Source: Chrysemys picta bellii (Eukaryota). From it: a stretch of 64,000 bases of DNA. A model generated the notes under the pieces. The model searched no databases. It was not told the DNA's origin and saw only the letters and a program-made list of their open reading frames with translations. The stretch lies in the NCBI RefSeq assembly GCF_011386835.1, contig NC_088810.1, positions 1,612,001 through 1,676,000 of the forward strand. The letters run 5' to 3'. This document shows, piece by piece, positions 1-11,604 of this stretch. The position numbers and the translations under genes are program-made. Positions within the stretch are counted from its first letter, which is position 1. Each line of letters opens with the position of its first letter.

Positions 1-78
1 TCTTCCACCAGCCCCCCAAATCACCCACCCCCTGCACCAGCCCCGTCTCTGTTCCCACCCACCCAGCCCAGCGCTTAC

Positions 79-3000
79 CCTCCGCAGCCCCCTCGGCTCC
101 CGCCTGCCGCCGGCCTCTCCTGAGCAGGTAACAAGCCCCCACATTAACGAGGATGACAAGGAGCAGAATGGCAACCACAACGCCGGCCATGAGGCCAGGG
201 CTTAGACACTGGCACGGGCCAGAGCCTGAGGGAAGACAGGGGCTGGTGTCACCGGTGAGTAGGGTTACCATACGTCCTCTTTTTCCCGGACATGTCCGGC
301 TTTTAGGCAGTCAAACCCCCGTCCGGGGGGAATTGCCAAAAAGCGGAATATGTCCGGGAAAATGGCGGCTCTGTTTAAGAGCCCGGCTGCCTGAACGCTA
401 CCAGCTTCGGGCAGCCCCGTGCCTGGAGACCCTGCGCCGCCGGAGCCCGGGAGGGGAAGTGCCCGGCTGGGGGCGCAGGGTCTGGAGGCAGGGAGGCTGC
501 CCGAAGCCGGTAGCGTTTGGGCAGCCCGGTTCTTAAACAGAGCCTCCAGCGGCTGCGGCTCTGTGTAACTGACACTGTGTCAGTTACACACAGCCCCGGC
601 GGCTGGAGGCTCCAGCTCTTAGAGCCTAAGAGGAGCAGAGCCTCCAGCTGCGGGGGCTCTGCTCCTCTTCGGCTCTGTGTAACTTATACAGTGCAAGTTA
701 CGCAGAGCCGCCGGAGCCCCGGAGGGGAAGTGCCCGGCTGGGGGCGTAGGGTCCGGAGGCATAGGGGCTGCCCAAAGCCCGAGCGCTACCGGCTTCACGG
801 TTTGCTGGGCAGCCTCCAGACCCTGCGCCCCCGGCTGGGCGCTTCCCCTCCCGGGCTCCAGCTGCGCTGGGGAAGCGCCGGCTGGGGGCGCAGGGTCTGG
901 GGGCTGCCCGGCAAACCGTGAAGCTGGTAGCGCTCGGGCAGCCCTTTCCCCCTGGCTGGGAGTGGGAGGGAGGAGGGGGCGGAGTTAGGGTGGGGGAAGG
1001 GGCGGAGTTGGGGCGGGGCTGGGGTGGGGAAATGGGCGGGGCCATGGCCCGTGGAGGGTCCTCTTTTTTTATTTATGAGATATGGTAACCCTATCGGTGA
1101 GGGGCGCTGACAGCCCGGCCCAGCATGGCCTGACACGGGCAGCATGGAGCCCGGCGGGATCAGAACCCACAGCCCAAGGGTTTGCCAGCCTGTGTGTTGG
1201 GTGTCCCCAGCCAGGGACTCTCAGGACCTTGAGGGGATGGTGATGGTGCCAGGGGGCGAGCGAGTCGGGTTCTGAACCTCTCAGTGATATTCCCCAGCAT
1301 GAGTCGCTGTGACGCCTTGAAGCGCCAGCTCCAGCTATGACCCCCCAAGCCTGGCGTTATCCTTGTCCCAGGTGAGGTGGCGTCGGTGGGGACACGGCTA
1401 CTGAACGGCAGGTTACATTCACCGGGTCCCTTTTGTGCAGGTCAGCGCCGGGTGTGGCCGTGATGTTCGCGCCTTTAGGGGCGTCTGGAAACGGAGGAGT
1501 AAGGAGCGGGGAAAGGACGAGAAAAATGGGGTTGTGTGTCCCAGGCTGGTGTCACTTTAACTAGGCGGTGAGCCTCTGGGGCGCTCACCATGTTCACGCT
1601 TTCGGAGGCAGCCGTGCGTGCGGGTAGCTCGGCCTGGCTGCCGCGTGTGGTTAACAGACACGCGTATGGGAACCCTGCCGGCTGGTGGGGTCCCTCCCCT
1701 GATCATCGCCACTGGAAAGGCAAACGACACTCGGACGAGTGGGAGGGGCTCTGGGGAGACAGAGTGGGGGGACCTGTCCCAGAGCGGGGAAGGGATTCAG
1801 GGCAGGGGGTGAGGGGCAGGGCCTGGCCCATGTGACTCCAGGGGGCCAGAACAGGCAGGGTGGCGGAGGGATAAGGGGCAGGGGGACCCCCAGAAGGGTC
1901 TGGGGGCTCAAGGTATGTGGGCGCCGGGGAGGGTGGGTAGGGCCTGGCCCAGACAGGAATGAGGCCCCAGGTCAGGTGGGGGGATGGGCAGGGGCCCGGA
2001 GGGGGCTGGGGGCCCTGGGCAGGTGTGGGAAGGGGTCCAGCCTGGAGCCAGCAGCACTGGAGTTGACCAAATGTGGTGATTAGGAGGCGGGGGAGGAATT
2101 TGACACCAGGGCCCCCGAGGTGGGAGGGGCGAAGCAGAGGGGACGAGGGGGGCTGGATGAAGCAGGGGGGACGAGCTGGGAGGGGGCGAACCAGGGGGGA
2201 CGAGGGGGGTGGGGATGAGGTGGGAGGGGCGAACCACGGGGAGGAGGTCGGAGGGGATGAGGCAGGTGGGGTGAAACAGGGTGTACGAGGGGAGCGGGGA
2301 CGAAGCAGGGGGGACAAGGCGGGACGGGGCGAAGCAAGGGGGGTAAGGGGGACTGGACGAAGCAGGGGGGACGAGACGGGCGGGGCGAAGCAGGGGGGAC
2401 GAGGTGCGCGGGGTGAAGCAGGGGGGACGAGGCGGGTGGGGCGAAGCAGGTGGGCCGAGGTGGGTGGGGATGAAGCAGGGGGGACGAGGCGGGTGGGGAC
2501 GAGGCGGGAGGGGACGAAGCAGAGCGGACGAGGTGGGGGCACACGGGGCTGCTCCAGGAGGCCATGTGGGGAGGATCGGGGGCTGCGAGGGAGGAGGCTC
2601 TCGCCAGCCCTCACCACTTACGCTGAACTTCGACCGATTCCCTCGCAGAGAGGCTCAGATACCCCCAGCCGGGGCCGGAGACCCAGACCCCGCAGGCGTA
2701 ACTCCCTCCATCAGAGCCGGCTGCCTTGTCAACACGTAAATCCTGCCTGGCTTCTGGCAGCCACACGTCCCCGTGGGACCAGACGTACCCGGGAGGCCGC
2801 GGCGCAGCACCCTGGCAGCGCAGGGTAAAACCGTCGCCTTCCCTTAGCGCTGCCTTCCCTGCCGGCCACGAAACCTCGACCCTGGGCACGTTGGGGGTGA
2901 CTGAGGGCGAGAGTCGGTGAGAGTTCGTCAGCGGGCCCCGGGACTGAACGAAGGGGCAGGTCCCTCCCCGTCCAGTCCCATGGGGCAAGAATATTTGCTA

Positions 3001-6000
3001 GAGCCAAATGAGAGTTTTTTTTCAGACAATAAAACCCAGGAGTCCTGATTCCCACCCTTCCTGCATTCACCCATTAGACCCCACTGCCCTCCCCGTCTCA
3101 GCGACAAAACCCAGGAGTCCTGATCACCAGCTCCGCCCCCACTCTAACCATATCCCTGCTCCACTCCCCGTGTCAGGGAGAGAACCCAGGCGTCCTGGTT
3201 CCCAGCCCCCCCGCTCTACCCATGCCATGTCTAGCAGCAGAGCTCACCTGTCCCCAGGGGCTGGAATTGGTCAGAGTCACACTCATCCCGGTATCCATCC
3301 ACCTGGCATCTCAGCGCAGCGCCGGGGCCCAGCTGGGACGGGGATATTCGCAGCTCGGTCACCCCAGCCCCGCCCGGGGTTTGCCCTGGGCTTCGCCGCG
3401 CGCCATCTTGGTCGTACCAGGAGGGGCGATGGGGGCAGGCGGCCCCCACGGAGCAGGTGAGGGAGGGTCCCGGTTCCCTTCGGCGCCCCAGGGAGGGCTG
3501 GCACCGATCGTCTGTGAGGAGAGGAGGGGTCAGGAACCATTGATCCCTGCTGGGGCCCTGGGGCTGGCAGTGCTCCCAGGGGCCGTGGCCTGGCTGCAGA
3601 GCGGGGAGCAGCCCCAGGGGGTGGGCGCGGCCCAGCCTGGGAGCTCGGCTCACCGGGGCAATGAGGGGTCGTGGCAATGGGGGAGAGCAGCAAACGTTGG
3701 CCTGAGACACGGGGAGCGCTGGGTCTGCCCGGGGGGCGCAGCCGCCAGTGGGGGGCACCACACATCGGGCCTCAGACCAGAGCCCTAAGCGGGGATGGTT
3801 TTAATTCTGTCCAAGGGCCCGGCTTTGCTTTTTGCATTTTCATCCCCCTTCCAACCACAAAAACCTTCGATCCCACAAACCCCGCAAGACAGACAGATTC
3901 CCCCATGCTGCTAAAAGCCAGCCAAGAGCCAGACCCGGTGGGTGACGATACGATCGATACCAACGGAATTCAGAGACGACTGTTACCACGAAAAGAATCA
4001 AACAAATCTGGCTTGAACCAGGTACAAACACTCTCTAGCTCCTGGTGTCACAGACCGCGGCTCTGAGCTGACTTGGGCCGGGGCATTACCCCAGATTTGG
4101 AGCGAGGGAGAGAAACGTGCAGAGGAAAGAGAAGCTCACACAAAATATTTCGCAATTTCCTCACTAGGCGACTCTTGGTACATTTATGAGATTTAGTGTT
4201 TTTCCCGCATATTACCTCAGCCTGTTTTATTGCCGCCCCGAAACCATGCACAACAAAGTACATTTTACCCCCTCCCGCTGTTCTGGGGGGTGGGGTCCTG
4301 CAGGGTCCCAGACCCACTGTCGGGCTCCACCTGAGAGCCCCTCACGCCTGCTGCATTACGCTGGCTGCAGGGTCAGTCTCAGCGGCTCTTCAGGGTTAGA
4401 CAGAATGATGGGGACTCAGATCTGACAACACAGCCTAGGAGTTCTGACCCACAAGTCCCCCCTGCTCTAACCGCTACACCCCACTTCCCCTAGAGCCGGG
4501 GAGAGAACCCAGGAGTCCTGGTCCCCCGCCCACCCTGCTCTAACCCACCAGCCCCCACTCCCCTCCCAGAGCCGGGGAGAGAACCCAGGCGTCCTGGCTC
4601 CCAGCCCCCCCTGCTCTAACCCACCAGCCCCCCTCCCTTCCCAGAGCCGGGGAGAGAACCCAGGAGTCCTGGCTCCCAGCCCCCCCTGCTCTAACCACTA
4701 CACCCCACTTCCCCTAGAGCCGGGGAGAGAACCCAGGAGTCCTGGCTCCCAGCCCCCCCCCGCTCTAACCCACCAGCCCCCACTCTCCTCCCAGAGTCAG
4801 GCAGAGAACCCAGGAGTCCTGGCTCCCAGCTCTAACTTCTTGGATTTCAGAGCCCTGCCCTGTGTGTGCACACGCGCGTGTGGCGAGAGTGAGCGACCCA
4901 GGGGTGCTGGACGGAAGTTGGTTACCGGAGACATTGAGCCGCTGTCCTGGCATACCCGTCCATCCGTCACTGCTGCCGTTGCGCACGGCTTCGAACCGGA
5001 AGCGGTAGGTGCCCTGATCACTGGGGCGCAGCCCCGCCACCCGCAGGGAGCAGTTGTGCAGCAGGTCCCCCAGATAGCGGGCGCGCCCCTTGAAGGCAGC
5101 GTGGACACGAGCCTCGTCCGAGTGATACACGGTTTGATCCCAGTCCCGTGTCCAGCTCACGGCACTGACCGACCACCCTGCGGGGTAGGTGAAGGAGCAG
5201 GGGATGGTGACGCAGGCGCCGGCCCCTCTAGCCACGTGCCCTGGAGCGACTGTCACATCCCACTTCTGGGCGTAGGCACCTGCAGGGGACAGGAATCGGG
5301 GATCAGACCGGCGCCCGGCCCCAGCGAGTTGGGGAACCCGGCCCGCAGGCTGGGCTGCCGCACAGATCCCGCCGGGAGAGGCCAGTGTCAGCTCAGCCTC
5401 CAACCCAGGGGCTTTAAACACAATCGGGGATGTTGTGTTGTGGGGCTGTCTGAGCCCCCCGCCCTCCCGTGGCCTGGGGGTGACAGTGAGCCCAGGCAGC
5501 GCTCCCCTGTGAATTGGGGAAGGGGAGTTTGGAGATTCATAGATTCATAGATTCTAGGACTGGAAGGGACCTCGAGAGGTCATCGAGTCCAGTCCCCTGC
5601 CCGCATGGCAGGACCAAATACTGTCTAGACCATCCCTGATAGACATTTATCTAACCTACTCTTAAATATCTCCAGAGACAGAGATTCCACAACCTCCCTA
5701 GGCAATTTGTTCCAGTGTTTAACCACCCTGACAGTTAGGAACTTTTTCCTAATGTCCAACCTAGTCCTCCCTTGCTGCAGTTTAAACCCATTGCTTCTTG
5801 TTCTATCCTTAGAGGCTAAGGTGAACAAGTTTTCTCCCTCCTCCTTATGACACCCTTTTAAATACCTGAAAACTGCTATTATGTCAGATGCCCCCCAACA
5901 TCATCCCATTGCCTGCAATTAATCACCCCAGCCCCCGAATCACTCCTGTCCCCCCGAGTTCTCCCATCAGTCCAGGCCGACCCCCTCCCCCACATCTGCC

Positions 6001-7688
6001 CAGCCCCCCTTCAGTCTACTCTGTCCTCTGCATCCCACTTCAGTCCCCCTAAATCTCTGCTCCGGCCACCCCCTTCAGTCCAGCCCCCCCCAGTTCACCT
6101 CCGCAACCCCCCTCAATTCAGCCCCCCATATTGCCCCTCAGGGCACCCCTCGTCCCCCCTCGACTCAGACCCCACATCGTCCCTCAGGGCACCCCTCGTC
6201 CCCCCTCGACTCAGCCCCCCACATCGCCCCTCAGGGCACCCCTTGTCCCCCCTCGACTCAGCCCCCATATTGCCCCTCAGGGCACCCCTCGTCCCCCCTC
6301 GACTCAGCCCCCCATATCGCCCCTCAGGGCACCCCTCCTCCCCCCTCGACTCAGCCCCCCATATCGCCCCTCAGGGCACCCCTCCTCCCCCCCACAGCTG
6401 GGTGTTTGGCCCTTGGGCCAGAGGCCCTGACTGCAGGACGAGCCCCACTGGCGAGGGGTCAGGTTACAGTTGCCAACTTTGGTTGGACAAATTCCTGGAG
6501 GTTTCATAACATAACAATTTGTAATTAAAGATTAATCTTTCAATCCTGGAGGGTTGGCAACCAGAGTTCAGGCACTTCCCGTGCACAAGGAGCTGGGTGC
6601 GGCTGTGGGCAGGGGCCAGCCGGGCCCGAGCTGGGCGGACGGGCAGGGCAGGGAGCAGAGCTCTCCAGGCCGGCCCAGGAGACGCCCCGACTTGCCGGGG
6701 CAGCGAGATGCCCGGAGGCAGGATGTGGGCAGGGCCAGCCGGGCCCGAGCTGGGCGGACGGGCAGGGCAGGGAGCAGAGCTCTCCAGGCCGGCCCAGGAG
6801 ACGCCCCGACTCGCCGGGGCAGCGAGACGCTCAGAGGCAGGACGTGGGCAGGGGCCAGCCGGGCCCGAGGTGGGTGGACGGGCAGGGCAGGGAGCAGAGC
6901 TCTCCAGGCCAGCCCAGGAGACGCCCCGACTCGCCGGGGCAGCGAGATGCCCGGAGGCAGGACGTGGGCAGGGGTAGCCGGGCCGGAACTGGGTGGACGG
7001 GCAGGGCAGGGAGCAGAGCTCTCCAGGCCAGCCCAGGAGACGCCCCGACTCACCGGGGCAGCGAGATGCCCGGAGGCAGGACATGGGCAGGGGTAGCCGG
7101 GCCGGAGCTGGGTGGACGGGCAGGGCAGGGAGCAGAGCTCTCCAGGCCAGCCCAGGAGACGCCCCGACTCGCCGGGGCAGCGAGATGCCCAGAGACAGGA
7201 CGTGGGCAGGGGCCAGCCGGGCCCGAGGTGGGCGGACGGGCAGGGCAGGGAGCAGAGCTCTCCAGGCCGGCCCAGGAGATGCCCCGACTCACCGGGGCAG
7301 CGAGATGCCCGGAGGCAGGACGTGGCGCAGGGAAAACGGCAGCCTGGGGGAAGAGAGCGGCTGAGCCCAGGGTGACTGGGGCTAGACCAGGCTGACTCTG
7401 CCCTGAGGACCAGACGTGTTCTCCACTGCAGGAATCCAGCAGCGAGGACCCGGCCACTCGGGGTCAGGTTCAAGGCCAGACACCCCCTAGGCTTGACCTG
7501 GAGCCGCTGGCGTGAGTGGCTGGGATGTCCCTGCGATGAACCCGGTTCCGAGCCCCCTCCTGGCAGTGTAGACGCACTCCCAGGGCTGGGAAACGGTCCC
7601 CACCGGTCCCCTGGGCGGCAGCGCGTCGCGTCTGTGCGAATTACTCACCGCTCAGAAGGCAAAAGGCAGGGACCAGCACCAAGGCCAT
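79..7688 (-). CDS. Siglec-like (sialoadhesin/CD22-type) sialic-acid-binding Ig lectin; cytoplasmic exons lie beyond the left edge of the window
   Basis: Exons with AG/GT boundaries, all junctions phase 1: signal peptide 7688-7649 (MALVLVPAFCLLSG + AYA); V-set 5279-4926 (GACVTIPCSFTYP...FKGRARYLGDLLHNCSL...DQGTYRFRFE, three Siglec cysteines and the sialic-acid-binding Arg); C2 3511-3248 (LTCSVGAACP...LRCQV); C2 2900-2622 (FTLRCQ...YVW...DGGSYAC); 41-codon exon 1711-1589; TM exon 225-79 (LMAGVVVAILLLVILVNVGACYLL then RRGRR). Confidence 0.8.
260..1093. mobile_element. Non-autonomous hAT DNA transposon (MITE)
   Basis: TIRs TAGGGTTACCATA (260-272) and TATGGTAACCCTA (1081-1093); 8-bp TSD ccggtgag / tcggtgag with one mismatch; internal sub-repeats. 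Confidence 0.8.
1228..1484 (-). pseudogene. Decayed Ig C2 exon of the Siglec-like gene
   Basis: Acceptor TTTCCAG, then APKGANITATPGADLHKRDPVNVTC, a frameshift, then WDKDNARLGGS*LELALQGVTATHAGEYH*EVQNP. TAG at 1337-1335; TGA at 1283-1281 replaces the second conserved Cys. Confidence 0.75.
2110..2535. repeat. G-rich degenerate minisatellite (ggggcgaagcagggggacga-like)
   Basis: Repeated gcgaagcaggggg(g)acga units visible in the Siglec intron. Confidence 0.7.
4440..4835 (-). repeat. Array of the ~70-bp GGAGCCAGGACTCCTGGGTTCT minisatellite
   Basis: Tandem agaacccaggagtcctggctcccagccccc...ctctaacc units. Confidence 0.85.
5531..5885 (-). mobile_element. CR1 LINE 3' end
   Basis: Minus-strand ORF SKDRTRSNGFKLQQGRTRLDIRKKFLTVRVVKHWNKLPREVVES is the CR1 ORF2 C-terminus; (GAATCTAT)n tail appears as atagattc repeats at 5540-5553. 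Confidence 0.9.
6125..6392. repeat. ~46-bp minisatellite, about 6 copies
   Basis: Unit cccccatatcgcccctcagggcacccctcgtcccccctcgactcag. Confidence 0.85.
6604..7325. repeat. 119-120-bp tandem repeat, 6 copies, in Siglec intron 1
   Basis: The ctctccagg motif recurs at 6661, 6780, 6900, 7019, 7138 and 7258. Confidence 0.9.
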
Positions 7689-8949
7689 CTCCGTCCAGGA
7701 CAGAGCGCTCAGCCGGCCTGGGAGGGGAAAGGGGCCGGGAATGAGTCACCTGCAGCATGTCTGGGTGACAGCTCGTCTGCGCCGGGCAATGGCGCCTGGC
7801 CGCGGGATAGGCTGCACGACCAGGTATTTTACACCTAGGGCCCTTCGTAAAAGAATTTCCTAACCAGAAGGGAGTAAAGCTCGGAGATTGGCCTGACAGA
7901 ACAAGGACTGGTGGCATTTCTATCCCCGTGTGCCTAGCGGGCCGTGTGTGCAGGGCTCATGGCCTCGGGTGAAATGCAGCCACCTCTGGGGAGAGACGCG
8001 CAGCTGTTTGGCAGCTCACAGAAACGCAGAGGGCAGTTTCAGGGCAGGACCGGAGGACAGTTCCTATGTGGAGCTGACATGTGCAGGGAGAATCAGGGAG
8101 GGGGAAGGGAACAAACCGTTTTGGGATGTGGCAGGGACCCCAGGGAGACGTCCTGACCCCTTGGGAGACAGCCAGGTGGGGAAAGGGTATCACAGGCACA
8201 AGGGGGCAGGGTCTCAGCCGGGAACAGCAAAGCCCCAGAAGCAGAGATTAGCCCTGACTGCGAGGGGAGAGACCCCTACAGAGCCCCCCTCCTTTCAGCA
8301 CAGCCCCCCCCCAGCGTCACCCTGGGGCATTGGGGCCAGCCCTGACTGTGAGAGGAGAGCGCCCCCTGCTGAACCCTCCTGGCCCATCCTGCAGCTCCGC
8401 ACCCCCAGCGCTTCCTCTGCTCCTTCCTCTCCGATAGATGGATTGTTTATCGGGGGCCCGTCTCTGTGTCTCTGTGACCAGGGCCTGGGCAGAGCCAGTG
8501 TCTGATGTTACCAGACCGCTCTGAGAACGTTCTCTCTGGGTAATGGGGCAACTGGCCAGCAAGGGTCTGAGTACCCGGGTGTGTCTGAAAATAAATTTCC
8601 CTTTGCAGAGCTGAGATAGAACCCAGGAGTCCTGGCTCCCAGCCCCCAATTCTCCCCCAAACACCAGGCTCCGTCTCTGAACAGTTGATCAGTCTCGTGT
8701 GGTCTCCCCCTTATGATCTCAGACACCTTCGCAGCCTGCCCAGTTGTTGATCTTTTCAACCCGCAGTGAAATGCAGCCTGCTCTGGGGTGGGGCACGGCA
8801 GCAGTTTAACGGCGCAGGGCAATGTTGCCCTGCCGTGTTCAGTCCCCAGATCTTACACCGTGAGCTCGTCAGGCAGAGACTGGCTCTCACGCCGGGTTTG
8901 GGGAGCCCCCGGTGTATTTTCAATGCTACCCCCAGTTACAGTGTGACAG

Positions 8950-9145
8950 TGTGGCCCAGGCTAGAGCTCTGTCATGGACCCACCATACAACAGCGGGTCA
9001 GTCACTGCTCCTCTCTGTGCCTCAGTTTTCTCTCCCACCTATTGTCTATTTTAAGTGTAATTTCTTTGTGGCAGGGACTGTCTCTGGCTTTGTCTGGGCT
9101 GTGCCTGGCACGGCGGGCCCTGATCTTAGCTGCGGCCCCTCCCAT
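8950..9145 (+). mobile_element. CORE-SINE (MIR-like) fragment
   Basis: tctgtgcctcagtttt core followed by a gcagggactgtct...gtgcctggcac...ggccctgatct tail. Confidence 0.55.
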
Positions 9146-9967
9146 AAGAAACTCTCACCGTTTAATTTCCTTTCAGACATTTAGAGATGCAAAGAATCAT
9201 TCTTCCCAACTCTGCTTTTTGCCCCAAAACAAGGGAAAGTGGCTCTTACCTGGGCCCTGGGCCTGGGTTAGCAGCTGGGACTCTGGTCTGATCCCACCGC
9301 TGACACTAACGGGTGAGCAGGGAGGTTGTGGGCAGGTAATGAGGAATCATATTCATCTACATCTGTGGCAATAGCCCCGGGCGCCGTGAGTGGTTGGTGG
9401 CTCAGGAGAGGAAAGGGAACCATGGCAGTTTGTTCCTGGGCTTTAAAGGCAACATACTTCCTGGTTTGGTAGCAATAAGGTCTAGTGGTTACAGTGATTG
9501 GGAATCAGGACTTCTGGTTTTTATCCCCAGCTGGGGGAGGGGCGTGGGGTCTAGTGGTTAGAGTAGGGGGCTGAGAGTCAGGACTCCGGAGTTCTGGCTC
9601 CACGCACCATTTTTCCTGTGGGAGCCTTTCACTTTGTTGTCTGGCTGCAGCAGAGAAACTTCCCCTTTCTCTGGAAATTGCGAAAGCTCAGCCCCAGCGC
9701 TGGTTACACGGGGTGTGTGTGTGGTGGTGCCTGTTCCTTTTAACCCCATCCAGCCCCAGAGACTCCCCAACCACAGGCCAAATGGGGCTGCTGGGTCAGA
9801 GTTCGAAGGACCACGACCCCCGTGCTCTGAGAGACCCTGGAGAAGGGATGAGGCTTGGTCCTGTTCTAGTGCTGGCCAGCTGGGATCTCAAAGCGTCTGA
9901 GGAGCCGCTCAGCCCTCGGAGTGAGAGGAGGGTCCCCATCCCCCATGGGCAAAGGGGCAGAACCAAG

Positions 9968-10395
9968 AATAGAACCCAGGAGTCCGGACTCCCAGCCCCA
10001 CTGCTCCAACCCCTCTCCCATCCCATAGCTGGGGACAGAACCCAGGAGTCCTGACTCCCAGCCCCACTGCTCCAACCCCTCTCCCATCCCATAGCTGGGG
10101 ATAGAACCCAGGAGTCCGGACTCCCAGCCCCACTGCTCCAACCCCTCTCCCATCCCATAGCTGGGGATAGAACCCAGGAGTCCGGACTCCCAGCCCCACT
10201 ACTCCAACCCCTCTTCCATCCCATAGCTGGGGATAGAACCCAGGAGTCCTGACTCCCAGCCCCACTGCTCCAACCCCTCTCCCATCCCATAGCTGGGGAT
10301 AGAACCCAGGAGTCTGGACTCCCAGCCCCACTGCTCCAACCCCTCTCCCATCCCATAGCTGGGGACAGAAGCCAGGAGTCCGGACTCCCACCCAC
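9968..10395 (-). repeat. 66-bp minisatellite variant, about 6 copies
   Basis: Tandem agaacccaggagtccggactcccagccccactgctccaacccctctcccatcccatagctgggg; 22-aa periodicity in the ORF track. Confidence 0.9.
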
Positions 10396-10396
10396 T

Positions 10397-10770
10397 GTGA
10401 CGGGTTCCCTGGGGTGCAACCTGGAACTGGGGTACGGCTGCGCCCTTTGGCTTCCCAACCTGGGCTCCCTCTCACACTGTGATGCTGTGACAAGCTACAA
10501 ACCTCAGGGTTCTGCCCCACCCATCCCAGGAAAGGAGCAGTGGAGAGATCCTCCAAGCAGACTAGAGTGGCTGCAGGGGAAGCAGCCAATCAGGGCCCAG
10601 GAGGGCCATATAAAAGAAGCTGCAGACCAGCGCAGTAGTTAGTTTCTGTATGGAGCAGGAGAAGAAGGGGCTGCAGGCTTGGCTGCCTGGAAGAGCAGCG
10701 GGACGACGGGCAGCTAAGTCTGCTGGCAGGGACCAGGGGCGTGAGAGGTTAGGACCGGAGCGATATCTCA
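10397..10770 (+). mobile_element. LTR-like fragments
   Basis: Begins TGTGACGGG; contains CCAAT (10586) and TATAAAA (10609) in the arrangement typical of LTR promoters. Confidence 0.45.
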
Positions 10771-10773
10771 CAG

Positions 10774-11004
10774 GAGTGGTGGGGGAGGATCTGACTCTGG
10801 GACGTGTTGTCCAAGCCCACAAGCTTGAGGCCGATACAGTTTTCTGGGACTGGTTTTGAGCAGGGGACACTGATTAGTTACTTCAATGGAATTGTAAAAA
10901 CAGGCGGGGATTGGACAAGCCGGGTAGAGTTCACTGACCTGCAGGGTAGATGGAGCGCGTCGATTCGCATTCAGAACATTCAATTAAGAGATACAGGAAC
11001 ATAC
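10774..11004 (+). pseudogene. Degenerate Ig V-set domain fragment
   Basis: After CAG: GVVGEDLTLGR...VFWDWF, frameshift, then EQGTLISYFNG...SRVEFTDLQGRWSASIRIQNIQLRDTGTY; both canonical Cys are absent. Confidence 0.45.
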
Positions 11005-11034
11005 CCGGGAACTTGGTCTATAACCCCAGGTATC

Positions 11035-11440
11035 AAACTTCAAAAACAGACTCCAAAGAGAGACTGCTGAGCTAGAATTGATATGCAAACTAGACACAAT
11101 CAACTCCGGTTTGAATAAGGACTGGGAATGGCTGAGCCATTACAAACATTGACTCTATCTCCCCTTGTAAGTACTCTCACACCTATTATCAAACTATCTG
11201 TACTGGGCTAGCTTGATTATCACTTCAAAAGTTTTTTTCTCTTACTTAATTGGCCTCTCAGAGTTGGTAAGACAACTCCCACCTGTTCATGCTCTCTGTA
11301 TGTGTGTATATATATCTCCTCAATATATGTTCCATTCTATATGCATCCGAAGAAGTGGGCTGTAGTCCACGAAAGCTTATGCTCTAATAAATTTGTTAGT
11401 CTCTAAGGTGCCACAAGTACTCCTGTTCTTCTTTTTGCAT
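11035..11440 (+). mobile_element. Penelope-like element terminal fragment
   Basis: Ends gaaagcttatgctctaataaatttgttagtctctaaggtgccacaagtactcctgttctt, a characteristic reptile PLE terminus. Confidence 0.75.
11343..11382 (+). ncRNA. Minimal type-I hammerhead ribozyme motif (PLE-associated, U4C variant)
   Basis: GCAT-CCGAAGA-A GTGGGC TGTA GTCCAC-GAAA-GCTT-ATGC: stem I GCAT/ATGC, stem II, palindromic AAGCTT stem III. Confidence 0.6.
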
Positions 11441-11604
11441 CTACCATGTGCCGGTATGTGAGGACGCCTGCCCAACAACAGCCCCAACTTCGCCTCCTTC
11501 ACTCTTCCACATACCGACGTTACCCCAAGGAGGGCGTGTCCCACTGCACAACCAGGGCCTACCCTGGAATTTTCCTACACCCCCCTCCAGAGTATATGGT
11601 AGAG

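Noticed and set aside
7718-7750. A GT-AG intron in the Siglec 5' UTR
   Set aside because: At only 33 nt it is too short for a vertebrate intron. The acceptor at 7718 more likely pairs with a farther donor, such as CAG|GTAAGA at 9249, which is not supported well enough to annotate.
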